Positions 14,426-29,248 of a DNA stretch of 64,000 bases are shown here, piece by piece (within the stretch, counting starts at the first letter, position 1; each line of letters starts with the position of its first letter). The stretch covers positions 62,001 through 126,000 of the forward strand of contig MU053196.1 of the NCBI GenBank assembly GCA_013239625.1. Reading direction: 5' to 3'. The stretch comes from Lama guanicoe (Eukaryota). Under the pieces are notes generated by a model. It was not told the origin of the DNA. It saw only the letters and a program-made list of their open reading frames with translations, and made no database searches. The position numbers and the translations under genes are program-made.

Positions 14426-16339
14426 ATTTGAGGAAATAACCCTATCCAAAATTTTGGAGCAATGTGACATGGAGGGGAGGGGAGAATGGGTATATTTACG
14501 TGGCTGCATTTCTGAAACCCGTCTCCCTCACTGCCACATACCAGTCACCAGCTCCCCCTGCCAGAGGCAGTATTTATTACATGTGTCTGGGGTGTCTGTG
14601 CATGTAGGGTATTCCCTCTTCTTACATAAATCACTTACAGAGATGATCTTTTCTCACCTGTTTCACATAAATGGTATTACACTGCGTATTCAACAATATA
14701 TTTACTTAACAGTGTATTTGGGAAAATATTTCATATTAATACATAAGGATTTCTTTACTCTTCACAGCATTCCGTTATTTGGCTGAATCAGGATTCATTC
14801 TACTATGTTTGACACAGTATGTGATGAATCCTCCAAAATTAAAGTGCCTAGTTTAGTAACAGTAATTTTAAGTTAAATTGTTTTTTAAAAAATGGATAAG
14901 CTCTTTTTACATTGACATTCACACAAGACTTTCTTCCAAAGACTGTGATAATACAATTTAAGTTACAACTGCTACATATACTTATTGATAAGATAAAAAA
15001 TATTATCATTATCTTTAACTTAAATGCCTTATGAATTCCTCCCATGCTATATGTATTACACACACAAGCATTATTAACCATCAACCTGCAAGTCAGCAAA
15101 ATCCAGACTGCAGGAAACTACTGGATAATCAGATTTCTTCAATAAACTGTACACACAAATAAGAGAGGGAGAGAAAAGAAATAAGACAGAGAGATATATA
15201 CAGGGAGAAATGAGCTAAAATAGACCAAAAGGCACATTAATCTAGCACAGTGTGACTGATCTTATCTGGATCCAGATTTAAGCTCTTTTTCTAAATTATA
15301 TTTATGATACCCCTAGAAATTTGAAAACTGATGGGATATTTGGTGGCAGTAAAAAAACTTATAATGATAATTACGAGAGCTTTAAAAATGAGTCTTTATC
15401 TATTGACACATTCCAAAATATTTATGGATGTAATAAATGCTGTCTGAGATCTGCTTCAAAATTAAATAGTGTGCTTATGAGCTGGTAATTGTTGAAAATG
15501 AATGACACGTACATGAGGGATTATTATACTATTCATTTTCTGTATATGTTTGCAATTTTCCAAAGGGGGAAAAATCTTCACCATCAACACTCACATAAAT
15601 ATAGGGGAAGCACAGAAAAGTCAGAAATCTTAAGAAATAAAAAAATAGTATTAATATAAGAGGTCTAACATTCGATTAATATGCATTCTAGAAAATTAGA
15701 GGTAATTTATCCAAGAAAAGATATCTCAGAACTCATACGAGTTTTCCAGCTTAAAAGGACCTATTAAATATCCAGAATATTTGATTTTAAAAGTAAATAT
15801 GAAGGCACCTCTTTTTGACATATTAAAACATTGGGGTAAAGAAAAGATCCCCAAAGTTACCAGAAAAGGAAGCAAGCTCACAACAGACTACAAATTAGAA
15901 AGTCTTTAGACTTACGATAGCAGCAGGGAAGCTAGGAAGTAGTTTAAGTGTAAAGCAATGCCTTCAAACCCTCAGGGAAAGTGACTAATTACCTAGAACT
16001 CTCTATCAAGAGTGACATCAAACAGTTTACTTTCCCTGTAGCCCTTCCACTAGGAACCTGCTGGAAGACACCCTTCATCAGGAGGAAATGGGACAAACCA
16101 AGAAAGAGTTGGGAGCCTGGAGATGGGGGGGCTCTAACACAGGAGAGAGGAACAGGAATTTTTCAGAACAGCAGCTTCACAGATTTTAAAAACCACCTGT
16201 CCACATGGACACACGAAGGGCTCCAGGAGGATTATCTCCGAGAAAAGAAAAGGAGGGAGGAGGAAGAGTGTCTCAGGGGTCAGCAAGCTTTTCCCGCAGA
16301 GAACCACATGGTAACACTGTACCCCCTGAGAGCCAATCA

Positions 16340-16495
16340 GTGTCTGCTACAGCTACTCAACCCTGCCACTGCAGCACAAAAGCAGCGCCAGACAGTACAC
16401 ATGTGAGCGGGCATGACTGTGTTCCAGTAAAACTTTATTTACAAAGAGCAGGGAGAGGGAAGAATTTAGCCCCAACACCATACTTTGCCTGGACC
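16340..16495. mobile_element. MER58-like hAT MITE
   Basis: CTACTCAACCCTGCCACTGCAGCACAAAAGCAGC...GTGTTCCAGTAAAACTTTATTTACAAA. Confidence 0.7.
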
Positions 16496-16699
16496 TCTCC
16501 CACCGCACCCTGCATGTTTGAGGTCTGAGCACTGTAAGGAGTTGGCAGCCCTAGTGAAGAATCTGGGGATAATTTAGGAATATGACATTAAAACTAATCA
16601 AAGGATTAAGCAAAGATGCACTAGCTAGCACACAAAAATCCTGAACCATTAAAAAAAAGAAAAAAAATTAGATTTCAACAAAATGTTTAAATCCTTGTC

Positions 16700-19600
16700 T
16701 TGGAGTAGCACCAATAAGAAAATGATAAATGTGGTAAAGGTAGTGGAGTAACCACATGTGAAGCTAGTATGAAGGTTAACGACAAAAGTAGTAAGATAGC
16801 TATAACTACAATAGTTAGTTAAGGGATACACAAGATAAAAAGATAAAAAATGTGACACTGAAAACAAAACATGTGAGAGGGAGAATAAAAATGTACAGAT
16901 TTTGAACGCATTCAAACTTAAGTTGTTATCAACTTAAAATAGACTGTTATAAATAAGCTGTTATATATCAGTCTTATGGTAACTACAAAGCAAAAGCTAC
17001 AGCAGATCCATAGAGAGAACAAGAGGAATCCAAGCGTGCCATTGAAGAAAGCTATCAAACTACAAGCTAAGACAGCAAGAGAAGAAAACTACAAAAAAAG
17101 CCAGAAAACAGCAAAATGGCAAAGGTGCACACCCATCAATAATTAATTTAAATGTAAATGTACTGAATTCTCACATCAAAAGACAGAGAGTGAATGGATC
17201 AAAAAAACAAGACCATCTATATGCTGCCCATAAGAGACTAACTTCAGATCTAAAGACACACAGACTGAAAGTGAAGGGATGGGAAAAAAATTCCATGCAA
17301 ATGCAAACCAAAAAAAGCTGGGTTAGCTACACAGATAGCCCTTGAACAATATGGATTGGAACCACACAGTTCAGCTTATATGCAGAATTGTTTCAATAAA
17401 TACATAGCTGGCACTCCATATCATCAACTGCAAAATCTGTGCATACGGAGGGCTGACTGAAAAAGCCTTCAGCCGTAGACTTTAGTATCCGTCAGGGGCC
17501 CAGGAATCAATTCCACATGAGTACCAAGGGACAACTGCATTGTATCAGACAAAATAAAATTTGAAACAAAGGCTGCAAGATGAGACAAAGGGCAATATAT
17601 AGTGATAACAAGAGGACAGGACATTTGTAAATATATATTCACCCAACACAGGAACACCTAAATATTAACAGGTATTAACAGACCTAAAAGGAGAAACAGA
17701 TATCAGTACAATACTAGCAGGGGACTTTAATACCCAACTTATATCAATGGGTAGAGAGAGCATCCAGGTCGAACATCAATGAGAAAACACCAGCTTTAAA
17801 TGACATACTATACCAGCTGGACTTAACACATACATACAGAACATTCCATTCAAAAGCAGCAGAATGAATATACTACATTGTTCTCAAATACATACAGAAT
17901 ATTCTCCAGGACAGATCATACGCTAAGCCACAAAACAAGTCTTAATAAATTTAAGGCAGGAATTGTAACAAGCATCTTTTCTAACCACAATGGTCCAAAA
18001 CTAGAAATTAATCACAAGAATAAAACTGGAAAATTTACAAATATGTGGAAATTAAACAACATGCTACCAACCAACCAATGGGTAAAAGAAGTAATCAAAA
18101 GTAAAATTTAAACATATCTTGAAACTAAAGAAAATGGAAATAAAACATCCCAAAACTTATGAAATGTGCAAAAGCAGTTCTCAAAGAGAATTTAGAGCAA
18201 TAAATGCCTACATCAGAAAACAAGAAAAATCTCAAAAAAAACCAAAAAACCAAAAACAAAACCTAACATTATACCTCAAGGAACTAGAGAGAAGAACAAA
18301 TGAAGCCCAAAGTCAGCAGAAGAGAGAAAATAAAAATTTGAGTGGAAATAAATGAAAGAGACTAAAAAGACAACAGAAAAGATCAATGAAAGTAAGAGCT
18401 TAGTCTTTGAAAATGTAAACAAAATGACAAACCTTTATCCAGACACACCAAGAAAAGAGGACTCAAATAAAATAAATGAAAGAGACATTACAACTGTTAT
18501 CACAGAAATACCAAGGATCATAAGACTATTATGAACAATCATATGCCAAAAAATTGGACAACCTAAAAGAAACAGACAAATTCTCAGAAACATACAAACT
18601 ACCAAGACTGAATCATGAAGAAACAGAAAATCTGAACAGACCAATTACTAGTATGGAGACTTGAATCAGTAATTTAAAACCTGTAACCAAAAGTCTACAA
18701 CAAGACAGCTTCACTGGTGAAGTACCAAACATTCAAAGAATTAACACCAATCCTCAAACCTTTCCAAAAGACAGAAAAGGAGATATTCCCAAACGCATTT
18801 TACAAGACCAGCATTACCTTTATCACCAAAATGAGACAAGGACACTGTAAGAAAAGGAAATTACAGGTCAATATTCCTGATAAACATAGATGCAAAAATC
18901 TTCAAAAAAAATTGGCAAGCCAAATTTAACAATACATTAAAAGGATCATACCCTATGATCAAGTGGGCTTTATTCCAGGTTTACAAGGTTCAACAGCTGT
19001 AAATCAATCAACGTGATACACATTAACAAAATGAAGGATAAAAATCATATGATCATCTCAACAGATGCTGAAAAAGCATTTGACAAAATTCAATATCCAT
19101 TTATGATGAAAACTCAACAAAGTGGACATAGAGTGGACACACCCCAACATAATAAAGGACATATATGACAACTCCACAGTTAACATCATACTCAACAGTG
19201 AAAAGCTGAAAGCTCTTCCTCTAAGATCAGGAATAAGATAAGGATGCCCACTCTTGCCACATAGTATTTATTCAACATAATATTGTAAGTCCTAGCCAGA
19301 GCAATCAGGCAAGAAAAAGAAATAAAAGGTGTCTAAATTGGAAAGAAACAGAAAAAACTGTCACTGTTTGCAGACGACCTATTATATGGATAGAACCCTA
19401 AGGCTCCACCAAAAAACTGTAAAAACTATAATCGAAGTCAGTAAAGCTGCAGACACAAAAATCAATATACAAAAATCTGTTGCATTTATATAAATAACTA
19501 TCAAAAGAAAAATTAAATAAACAATCTCATTTACAATTGTACCAGAATACATTACATCTATTAATACAATAGGAATAATTTTAATCAAGAAGGTGAAAGA

Positions 19601-20190
19601 CCTGTACACTGAAAAGCATGATATTAGTAAAAAAATTAAAGATGACACATGTTAAAAGGAAAGATACCTATGCTCATGGATTGGAAGAATTAATTTTGTT
19701 AAAATATCCATACCACCCAAAGCAATCTACAGATTCAATGCAAGCTCTATCAATATTACAATGGCACATTTCATAGAAATAAAAAAAACGTTCAAACTTC
19801 CATGGAACAAAACACAAAACTGAACTCATAAATACAGAGAACAGACTGATGAATGCCAGAGCGGAGGCAGTTTGGGGGGGCTGTGAAATGGTCGAAGGAG
19901 GGCAAAAGGTACAAACTTCTAGTTATAAAGTGAATCCTGGGGATGTAATGTATAGCATGGTGACTATTGTTAATAATACCATACTGCATATTTGAAAGTT
20001 ACTAAGAGAGTAAATCTTAAAGATTTCCATCACAAGAAAAAAATCTTGTAACTATGTATGGTGATGGATGTCAACTAGACTTACTGTAGTGATCATTTAT
20101 AATATACAGAAATATCAAGCCATTACATTGTACACCTGAAACTAATATAATGTTCCATGTCAACTATACCTCAATAAAATTTTTTAAGAA
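16700..20190 (+). mobile_element. Degenerate L1 (endonuclease and RT parts of ORF2 joined to a 3'UTR), antisense to CUL2 in intron 1
   Basis: Frameshifted ORF2-like pieces (FSRTDHTLSHKTSLNKFK; FPNAFYKTSITFITK); 3'UTR at 19810-20180. Confidence 0.92.
17332..17537. mobile_element. Tigger-derived MITE (MER2/MER8-like) inserted in the L1
   Basis: CAGATAGCCCTTGAACAA ... GTACCAAGGGACAACTG termini interrupt ORF2 homology. Confidence 0.7.
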
Positions 20191-20194
20191 AAAG

Positions 20195-21115
20195 AAAAGC
20201 CACAGCCTAGGAGAAAATACTTGTAAAATATTTACCTGATACAGCAGAGATACACACACATAAATGACTGGTACTTTGAATATAAAAAGAACTCTCAAAG
20301 CTCAATAATAAGAAAACACACAACTCAATAAATGGCTAAAAGACCCAAACGGACAGTTCAGAAATACTGAAGGCAAATAAGCACACACACAAAATGCTCA
20401 CCATCATCAGTCATTAGGGAAAGACACATTAAAACCTCAGTAAGCTACCCCCATACACTAACTAGAATAGCTCAAAAAACCTGACAGTATCAAATGCTGC
20501 TGAGAAGACAGAACAACCAAAACTCGCACTTGTCACAGGTGGAAATTTAAAAGAAAATAACCACAGAGGCAGTTTCTATTAAAGGGAAGCATATACTTCC
20601 CATGTGACCCAGCAATTCCATGTTTGGGTATTTATACACGAGAAAGGAAGACATGTATCTACAAAAATACCCTAAACACAAATTCTCAGAGCACCTTTAT
20701 TCATAACTACCAAGCCCCAGAAACCCAAATGTCCCATCAACTGGTGAACAGAAAACACAATGTGGCGCGTTCACACAGCATTATACTACTCGGCGGTAAA
20801 ACGGAACAAATTACTGACATGAGGACAAGGGATGATTCTCAGAAGTATTACACTAAGTGAAAGCAGACAGACTCATTAGGCTACATACCACATGGCTGCT
20901 GGAAAAGGCAAAAACATAGGGATCTGCATCAGCTCACTGGTCGTCAGAGACATGATGGACTACAAAAAAGCAACAGGAAATATCCGAGGTGATAAAATAT
21001 TCTGCATCTTGCTTGTGGTGGCGGTGGTTACACAACTATACAAATTTGTCAAAATTCAAAGAACAGTGTATCTTTTTTAGGGTGAATTTTACCATGTATA
21101 AGTTATACTTCACCT
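20195..21115 (+). mobile_element. Old L1M 3' fragment
   Basis: GGAGAAAATACTTG, CATCAGTCATTAGGGAAA and TGACCCAGCAATTCC motifs. Confidence 0.75.
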
Positions 21116-23172
21116 GACCCCTCAAACTCAACACGTCCACCTATTTCTAGTATTTCACATCTTAGTAAATGATACTATCATACACCTAGCTTGTCTGGTA
21201 GAAATTTTATTACTCACTTCTTACTTCTCTTAGTCTTCTCTACAAATCAATCCAATCGATCAATAAACCCTGTCAACTCCATCTTGGAAACATTTCTTGA
21301 TCTATTCACTTCTTCCCACTCACACTGACATCACCCTAATCCAAACCACCACCTCTCACCCCACTACTCCTAAATGAGCCGTCTGTGTCCTCTTTTGCCC
21401 CCTTGGTACATTCCAAATACCACAGCCAATGCAAGCTTTCCAAAATGCAAGTCTGATTATATCACACCACCCTTTAAGAAAAATTCTTCAAAGACTTTAA
21501 CGTACAACCTTTATTATATATCATTTTTACCACTTAAGAAAAAATAAAACTCCTCCCTGCTTTCTTAATTTACAGCTCCGACTTTCCATAAGTCAATAAA
21601 CATTTCACTAATACTCCTGACAACAAAGATTGTAAAAATCAGTCACCAGTTCTAAGAGAACAGCCAGGTAACCTAAGACAAAGATGGAAATAAAGACGCG
21701 ATCAGGAAAACCAAACTGATAAACTACATTTCTGATACAAATGTTCTAAAATCTCTTTTGCTTTTTTCCTCCTCACAACCTCACTCCTCAGAACACTAAA
21801 GGCTGACCTGTCACTAACCTTCTTTCCTTTCTCCTGAGAATCTTAACTTTCCAGTGAGTTTTAGGTACCAAGGTTAAGTGAGAGCCCCAAAATAATATAG
21901 CCTGCTCAGGATGATGTATTAACACAACCTAACAAAATTCCCACTCCAAAAAATGTCTTTAAAAATAAAGTTACCAGTAATAGCAGAAATATAAAAGAGA
22001 TAACTTTGCCAACATCAGACGGATGTTAATATGGAGTGTTTAATTTCACTTAAGACATTTTTCATTCAAAGAGCGATTTAGATAATTACACTTCAGCAGA
22101 TAAAGCAGTTACAAAATCTCAAAACATCAACATTTTAAATCTAGAACTTAGGTTGGTGCATAATTAGGCAAATATTTTATTTGAAGCATAAACTATTTCA
22201 GTGAAACATCTAACCATGTTTAATATACTGATGAGTAAGACTACAGCTTACCTACTGATAAATGCTTCCATGTGCCACATTTCAGCTGCTGTCAAAGGTA
22301 TCAATGATGAAAGTGGCTAAATACTTCATACTGTGATTCTCTTTTTAGTAAAAAAACAAAATGAAACAACTACCAAATGATAATGTTTTATTTGAGTATT
22401 ATTATCAGCAATAAAAATTAGGTCTCTCCAAAAATTACCAAAGAGATATTATACTGGGGCCTAAATTAATTTCAATAAGTCAACATACCATAATTAGTTT
22501 TTTACATGACATTCAGGGGGCTTACTGAGCAGGTTATGTTCTAAACACACAAAATGAGGAAAATATTTAAGACCCATAAAAGAACATTATTAACTATTAT
22601 TTCCAAAGCTCCCTCTGCTGCACAACCACGATTTCTCCTAAAAATACGCTCCAAGAATGCATCTGAACACTTTCCTCTTGCCATTAGCTCTTGCCAAGAG
22701 ATGCCTCTGTGAGCTGGAGCCTCAGGGTACAACACTTTTGCAATAAGATTTGACACACAGGGCTCTGAGCCACAAATGTCATTTCCATCATGTGACTTTT
22801 CTACTTAAGAATTTCTAGTAGTATATTTTTAAAAAGGAGGACATTGGTGGAAAAAACAGTAAAGAGAAATACAGTAGTCTGCCATCCCAGCAGACAAACC
22901 CTTAGTCTCAGAAAAGGGAAGGGGACAGTGGAGAGGAGGGGACGCATCTGTAATACAGCAAGGAGGCTAGAGACGGCTTCTGCTTCCAGAGCAGACCCAC
23001 TGACCAGGATGAAACACCCTTCTCTCCACAATGAACTCGAGAGTCTCCCACAAGTCTGTTTCTTTCCAAGTTTTCACATCAACTCTTATCAGTGTGAAGA
23101 TTAATGTCACTTGCTTTCTCACTTTTTCTCATTTTTAATGATCTAGGCAAGGACTTTAAGATACCAACTAGC

Positions 23173-23175
<3 letters not shown>

Positions 23176-23206
<31 letters not shown>

Positions 23207-23218
23207 CAAAACAAAACA
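23176..23218. repeat. (CAAAA)n microsatellite
   Basis: Seen directly. Confidence 0.95.
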
Positions 23219-25009
23219 CCCAAGCTACTCTCATATAGGTACTAGGGATGAGTTAGAGGACCTGAGTTTGTCTTGAGTCCCTCATGGGGAGGCAAGCCCA
23301 CAGTGATACACAGACTACACAAAGCCATGAACAATGAGCCTTTGCACAAATAATCCATATGTGAAGGGCAGTTTTTTTTCTGGGCCTGACCTTCCATCCA
23401 AACATTTAAAAGGGTTACTTTAATTGTCCTCTGCACAACCCAATCCTATTCTGAGAGTTATGTCAAGTCACTTATATCTCAAAATCCTGGATGTAAATCT
23501 TTTCTCACAAACAGCAGGCCAAGGTGCTAAGATGAGTGGTGATTTTCTTTGCTTTATCTGAGGTTTTTCTTTTTTCCCTTTGGTTATGGGGTTACAATGC
23601 ATTTATGGAGGAGAGATCACACTCCAGCCAACCCCTGGTGTATTTTATTGACTGTAATAAAACCCAGAGTCCTGCCTCACCTTCCAACTCTTATCAACTT
23701 GATTTGTCACTATTTCTCAACTGCCCTTTGTTCCAGACAAATTAATCTAACTGTCAGCTTCTCCATGTTAACTCCCACGTAGATCCTGGTGCTGCTGGAG
23801 AAGACATGGACACAGGAGGATAAAAAGGGTGGCACAGCTGGGCAGACCGCCCCAGGTAAAAGCCCAGGACCGCTCCCAGTCTGGACACCACCTCCTACAA
23901 CCCGCCTCACCTAAGAGAAGTGAAGGCGCCCAGCTTGGACGCTCCCCTGGAGCGGGGCGGGCCCTCTACCTTCGTAATAGTGGCCACTTACAGAGCCGCC
24001 CACACTCCCAGCAGCAGCAAGCCTTAGCAACACCTGCGTTTCAGGGACTGCGCTGAACACTTACGTACACCATCTCATTGACCCCTCAGAATAACCCTTA
24101 AGTGATTCTCTCTGTCTTAAAGATGAAGGGACTAACATTTAGAAAATTAGGGTAAAACATATATAACTATTAATCAGCAAGCTCAGAATTTGAACCCAGA
24201 GCCCTCTGGCTTCAGCACAAAGCTCTCGTCCACTGCCCTCTACCGCACAACTGCTTGCCGCTGCAGAAACTGGAGCTGGCTCAGAGAAACGGGTGGTAAT
24301 TGGGCCGCACTCCAGAGGAAGGCAGGTCTCACCCAGAGCGCTGAGTGGGGCCTGACCCAGAGTATTTCTGCCCGATGCCAAAACACGAAAGAGAGAAAAA
24401 AAAGAAGGGAGGGAGGGAGGGAAGGAGGCGGGAGGCGGGGTGGAGGGAGAGAAAAGCAAAGGAAAAGGAAATTACTGCTTTCAAAAATGAAAAGGCTGTG
24501 AATCAAGAAACTAATACTCCAAATTGGTTCTGTCAATGACAAAGTAACCCTAGGCTCCCGGTTGCTTCATTTTCTTCACCTGCACAATATAAAGACAGTA
24601 TAAAAGACAATGTTTAGAAACACATTTCAAGCTTGCCGGACGACGCTGAGAGAAGGAGGTACTACGGTCCGCCCTCCTCTGTAACTCTGCCTTTCCGTCT
24701 ACGCTTCTGAACTTTACGGGGACCAAACTGCACTGCTGCTGAAGTCTTTACACCTTCACTTCACTCCCATGTTGCCTACTAAAAAAAGGCTTTCTTTCAT
24801 TCCATTTTTGTCATAAGCAGTTCATTTTCATGTTTATCTGTTTCAGGTAAGGGAAAAAAATGCAACCCCTTTCATCATAAAGCTGTACAATTTCCTTCAC
24901 TCTCCACTGTCTTTGTAACTGCTCTTTCTTTAGTCCTCTAAGAATTAGCTTCTAAGCTAGTCGAAGTTTGGAGCTATCTATCTGTAAGTACCGACATAAA
25001 GCCATCTAC

Positions 25010-26195
25010 TGAAAATCCACAAAAGTCAATTCGAAATGGATCAAAGACCTATATTTAAGAATTAAAACTATAAAACTCTTACTAGAAGAAAACACAGGAT
25101 GAAAGCTGTGTGACATTGGATTTGGCAACGATTTCTTGGATATGATGCCAAAAGCACAAGCAACAAAAGAAGACATAAACCGATCTTCATCAAAATTTAA
25201 AACTTTCATGCATCAAAGGACACTACCAAGAGAGTAAAAAAAAAAACAAAACCCATAGAATGGGAGAAAATATTTGCAAATCATGTATCTGATAAAAGAT
25301 TAATATCCAAGTATACAAAGAACTACACCTTAGCAGCAACAACAAAAAACGTATTTAAAAATGGGCAAAGGACTTGACTGTGTTTCTCCCAAGATATGTG
25401 AATGGCCAATGAGCACATGAAAACGACCAACATCACAAGCTCACAGGGAAATGTAAATCCAAACCACAATGAAATACTTCACACCCAGCAAGACTGCTAC
25501 TACCAAACAAACAAAAAATGGAAAACAACTGAGGTTTGCAAGGACGTGGTAAAACTGGAACTCCTGTACACCGCCAGCAAAAATGTAGACTTGTGCAGCC
25601 ACCATGGAAAACAGTTTAGCAGGTCCTCAAAAAGCTAAACTCAGAATTATGAGTTCAGCAACCGCACTCCTTAGGTTATATACCCAAAGGGACTGAAACC
25701 TGTGCTCCAGGGTTCACTGAAGCATTACTGACAACAGCCAAAAGGTGCAAACAACTAAGGTGCCATCAAGAGAAGGATGGATAAACACAATGTGATATGT
25801 ACACAAACGGACTATTACTCAGCCATGAAAAGAAATACCACAATAAAGTTATGATACTACAACCAGCATGAATCTTGAAGACATCATGTTGAGTCAAACA
25901 AGGCAGACACAAAAAGATAAACACTGCATGATCCCACTTACACAAGGTACCCAGAATAGGCAAATTCACACAGACAAAAAGCAGAGCAGAGGTTATAGCG
26001 CTGGCAGGTAGGGGGAATGGAGTGACTGTTTAATGCTTGCAGTTTCCATTTGGCCTAATGAAAAAGTTTTAGAAATAGACAGTGGTCATGTTTGTGATGA
26101 CATCTTGAGTGCAATTACTGCCAGTGAACTGTGCACTTAAAAATGGTTAAAACGGCCAATTTCACATTATGTATGCTTTACAACAACAACAAAGA
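25010..26195 (+). mobile_element. L1MB-like 3' fragment
   Basis: AAATGGATCAAAGACCT...TAAAACTCTTACTAGAAGAAAACACAGG (ORF2 end) followed by 3'UTR motifs. Confidence 0.85.
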
Positions 26196-26499
26196 GACTG
26201 CCCTTATTCTAAGTGCTTAAAATCCAGATCACTTGGACAACAAAGGTCTGACGCAAGAGAAGTATATGAATCTCAGTGCAAAGTGCTCTCTAAAAACCTT
26301 TAAATGGATGCTTATTAACCAAAACAATACTTAGAGCTATGAAGACAACATGGCATTATTTTTGGTTCCAACAAACTTTTACCAAATAAAAAAGAAATAT
26401 TTTGAGTTATAGCTTAAAATTTTTATGAAGACTCAGGACTACTCGTGGGGGAGGGTCTTTTTCTTGTCACGTTGTTCATTATTTTGGTAACTTCATACT

Positions 26500-27830
26500 A
26501 CATACATTATAATGACTATGAGAAAAGTATGCTCTATTTCTCACTGTCAGAAAAGAGTGGTTATAAATAAAGGGGGCTGGCTAGTGTAAACACTGAAGTG
26601 TTTGACTAGAATCAGGGTTATCAGTATGAACTCACGGTTTTCAAGACACATACACAGGAAGAAAGATACATAAGCAAACAGCTGTCTGTGCACATACGGA
26701 TCAGTGTACATTCATGTATTTCTAGCTCCATGCACCAAGGAGCAATGACACCCCAGTGTCAATGAGCACACAAGCTTCCAGATCTTGGTTCCTAAATACC
26801 ATTCTCCAATAGGAGGAACCAGAGCTCCCTGGAGAAGGGATTGATTCTAGGGCTGCAGCATGGAAAATATAAGACGAGCCAGGACACCTTATGATGCCAG
26901 AAAATAGGAAGTGCTTTCCAAAAGAGGATGGGGGGGGTGTTTAAAAAAAAAAACAAAACAAAGGGCCAACCTGAAGGCCACAGTTGGAACGATTCGAGTG
27001 ACAAAATAAATTATGATAGAATTGGATAGAGCAAAAGAAATGTCTATGACCCACACTGACACAAATAACCAAGAAAATAAATGTGGAGAAGGGACCGTCC
27101 TCCTCACAGAAGAATTCCAATTAACAAATGTAGATGGAAATAAGAAAAATATAAAATTGCCATTAGGTAAACACTACTATAATAACTGCTACAAGCAAGA
27201 ACTACCAAAGAATGCTGCACTGAGTGGGCAAAAATTTGAAAACAGGATATCTGCATTGTTTCAAAGACTCTCCCCCAAGATACCCAGTAATTACAAAGAG
27301 ACAAAAAGTAACTTTACTAGCAGAGAGACTTGACAAACATGATCTTAAGTAAAGAAGCGTTAACATCATCTCTAACAGGATATGCTGACACCCTGTACCC
27401 TGTGAAGTGATGTTCTGAGTAGCACTGAACATGTACAACCTCAGTCTAACTATGAGAAAACACCAGACATTCTACAAAATAGCTCTGACCACACTCACCA
27501 CAAGCATGAAGGCAACGGAAGATGGGAAAAGACTATCACAGGTCAGAAGAGATAGGGAGACACAACAGCTCAATGCCGTGTCTCACCCTGGACTGAATAT
27601 GGAAAGAAGTGAAGGGCATTAGAGGAAAAACCGGTGAGATCCCAGGAGGGTCTGCAGCTTAGCTAGCAGTACTATACCAATGTCAATCTCCTCGTTCTGA
27701 TCACTGCGCTCTGGTTACGTGAGCTGTGACATTCGGGAAAGCTGCGGGAGAGGCATCCCTGAGCTCTCTGTACCATTTGTGCAACTTCTCTAAGTTTAAA
27801 GTTATCTCAAAATTTTAAAAAAATGTTTAA
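26500..27830 (+). mobile_element. L1MC-like 3' region
   Basis: CCAGATCTTGGTTCCTAAATACCATTCTCCAAT and ...GCAACTTCTCTAAGTTTAAAGTTATCTCAAAAT end. Confidence 0.7.
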
Positions 27831-28819
27831 GCATCCTGTACTTTCTCTCCTTGAACTGAATTAAAACAAAGTTGATAAATTCAAGAAGTATTTACATAGG
27901 GTAAATCCAGCATTTCTTTATTTGAAAAGCAACCTACACTGGAACAAGACTTAAGCCACTGAGTTATCAGGTATTGATTAAGTGTTTACGGTATTCCAGA
28001 CCTCTACCAGATGCTAGAGATGATGTCTTCAAGCAGCTTACAGCTGGTAAGAGAAACAAAAATGATAAATTATCCACCTGATAGATGAAAACTTCTGACA
28101 CACACATAACCAGGCTATAACCCAATGGTTAACAGACAACAGTAGCATCACTCACAATGTTAAAGTACGTAAATGAAAATCCTGTGGACAACTAGAATCT
28201 TCAAACACGACGGTAATACCCACACATTTACAGAGTCAGCTTCATATGCTCACTACATCTATTTCATGTAGCAGTCTTAAACATAGTAATTAGCATCCAG
28301 TGTTTCAAAAAGAAATATTAAATATTTTGATCAAAGACTCTTATTTCTCCAACCTAGAAATGAGCTGCTTCCCTTAACCTCAGGCAAAAAAAAGAAAAAA
28401 AGGGAGGTAACAGTTACAACCACAAAAATCGAACCGAACAAAACAGTTCATAAATCAAGAACAGTCTCAGAAAAAAACAGGTGGATTAATTTACATGGAG
28501 AGTATCTGGCTAAAGACAGCTGACTGAAAATCAAAATGCCAACCAATATGACAGTATTATAAATTCAGTAGAGAACTCAATGAGTCTGGACTTTTAATTC
28601 TTCACTATAATAAAGCCTGAAGCAACTTAGGGAAAACATTTCATCTTCCCTCCTGCAGGTCAACTAGCAGGGCTCGACCGCACACCAGGAGCTGGGGCAG
28701 ACGTGCACACCTGTTCCTGACACCGCGCGCTGTCTCAGAACTTGTAAGAATCAAACGGCACCATTCTAGTGTCCCCGACAGACCTTTCCAAATACACAGC
28801 AGTAACACAGTCTAAACCT

Positions 28820-29248
28820 ACATACAGGTCTACTTAAGACGGGGTTACACCCCACCAAAGCCACTGTAGGTTGGAAACATTGCTAGGCTGAACTGTATCT
28901 AATACACCTTGCCTACCTTACAGGTGTTCAGAACCCTTCGTCCACCCATGGTTGTGCAAAATCATCCAGCACAAAGCCTGTTTTATAATAAAGTGCTGGA
29001 CATCTTGCAGAATTTACTGACTCCTGTGCTGGACAGAGTGGCTGTCAGATACTGACTGCTCAGCGCGTGATCACATGGTTGACCGGGGGCTACAACTCCT
29101 GGGCCCTGCCCAGCGTCACCATGCCGCTAGCCTAGGAAGAGATCAAAACTCAAAATTCCAAGTATGGTTTCTACCGGCTACGTATCACTTTTATATCACC
29201 ACAAAACTGAAAAACTAAGTCAATCATCGTAACCTGGGGACAGTCTAT
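28820..29248. mobile_element. MER47/Tigger5-like DNA transposon
   Basis: GCAAAATCATCCAGCACAAAGCCTGTTTTATAATAAAGTG and terminal CATCGTAACCTGGGGACAGTCT. Confidence 0.75.
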
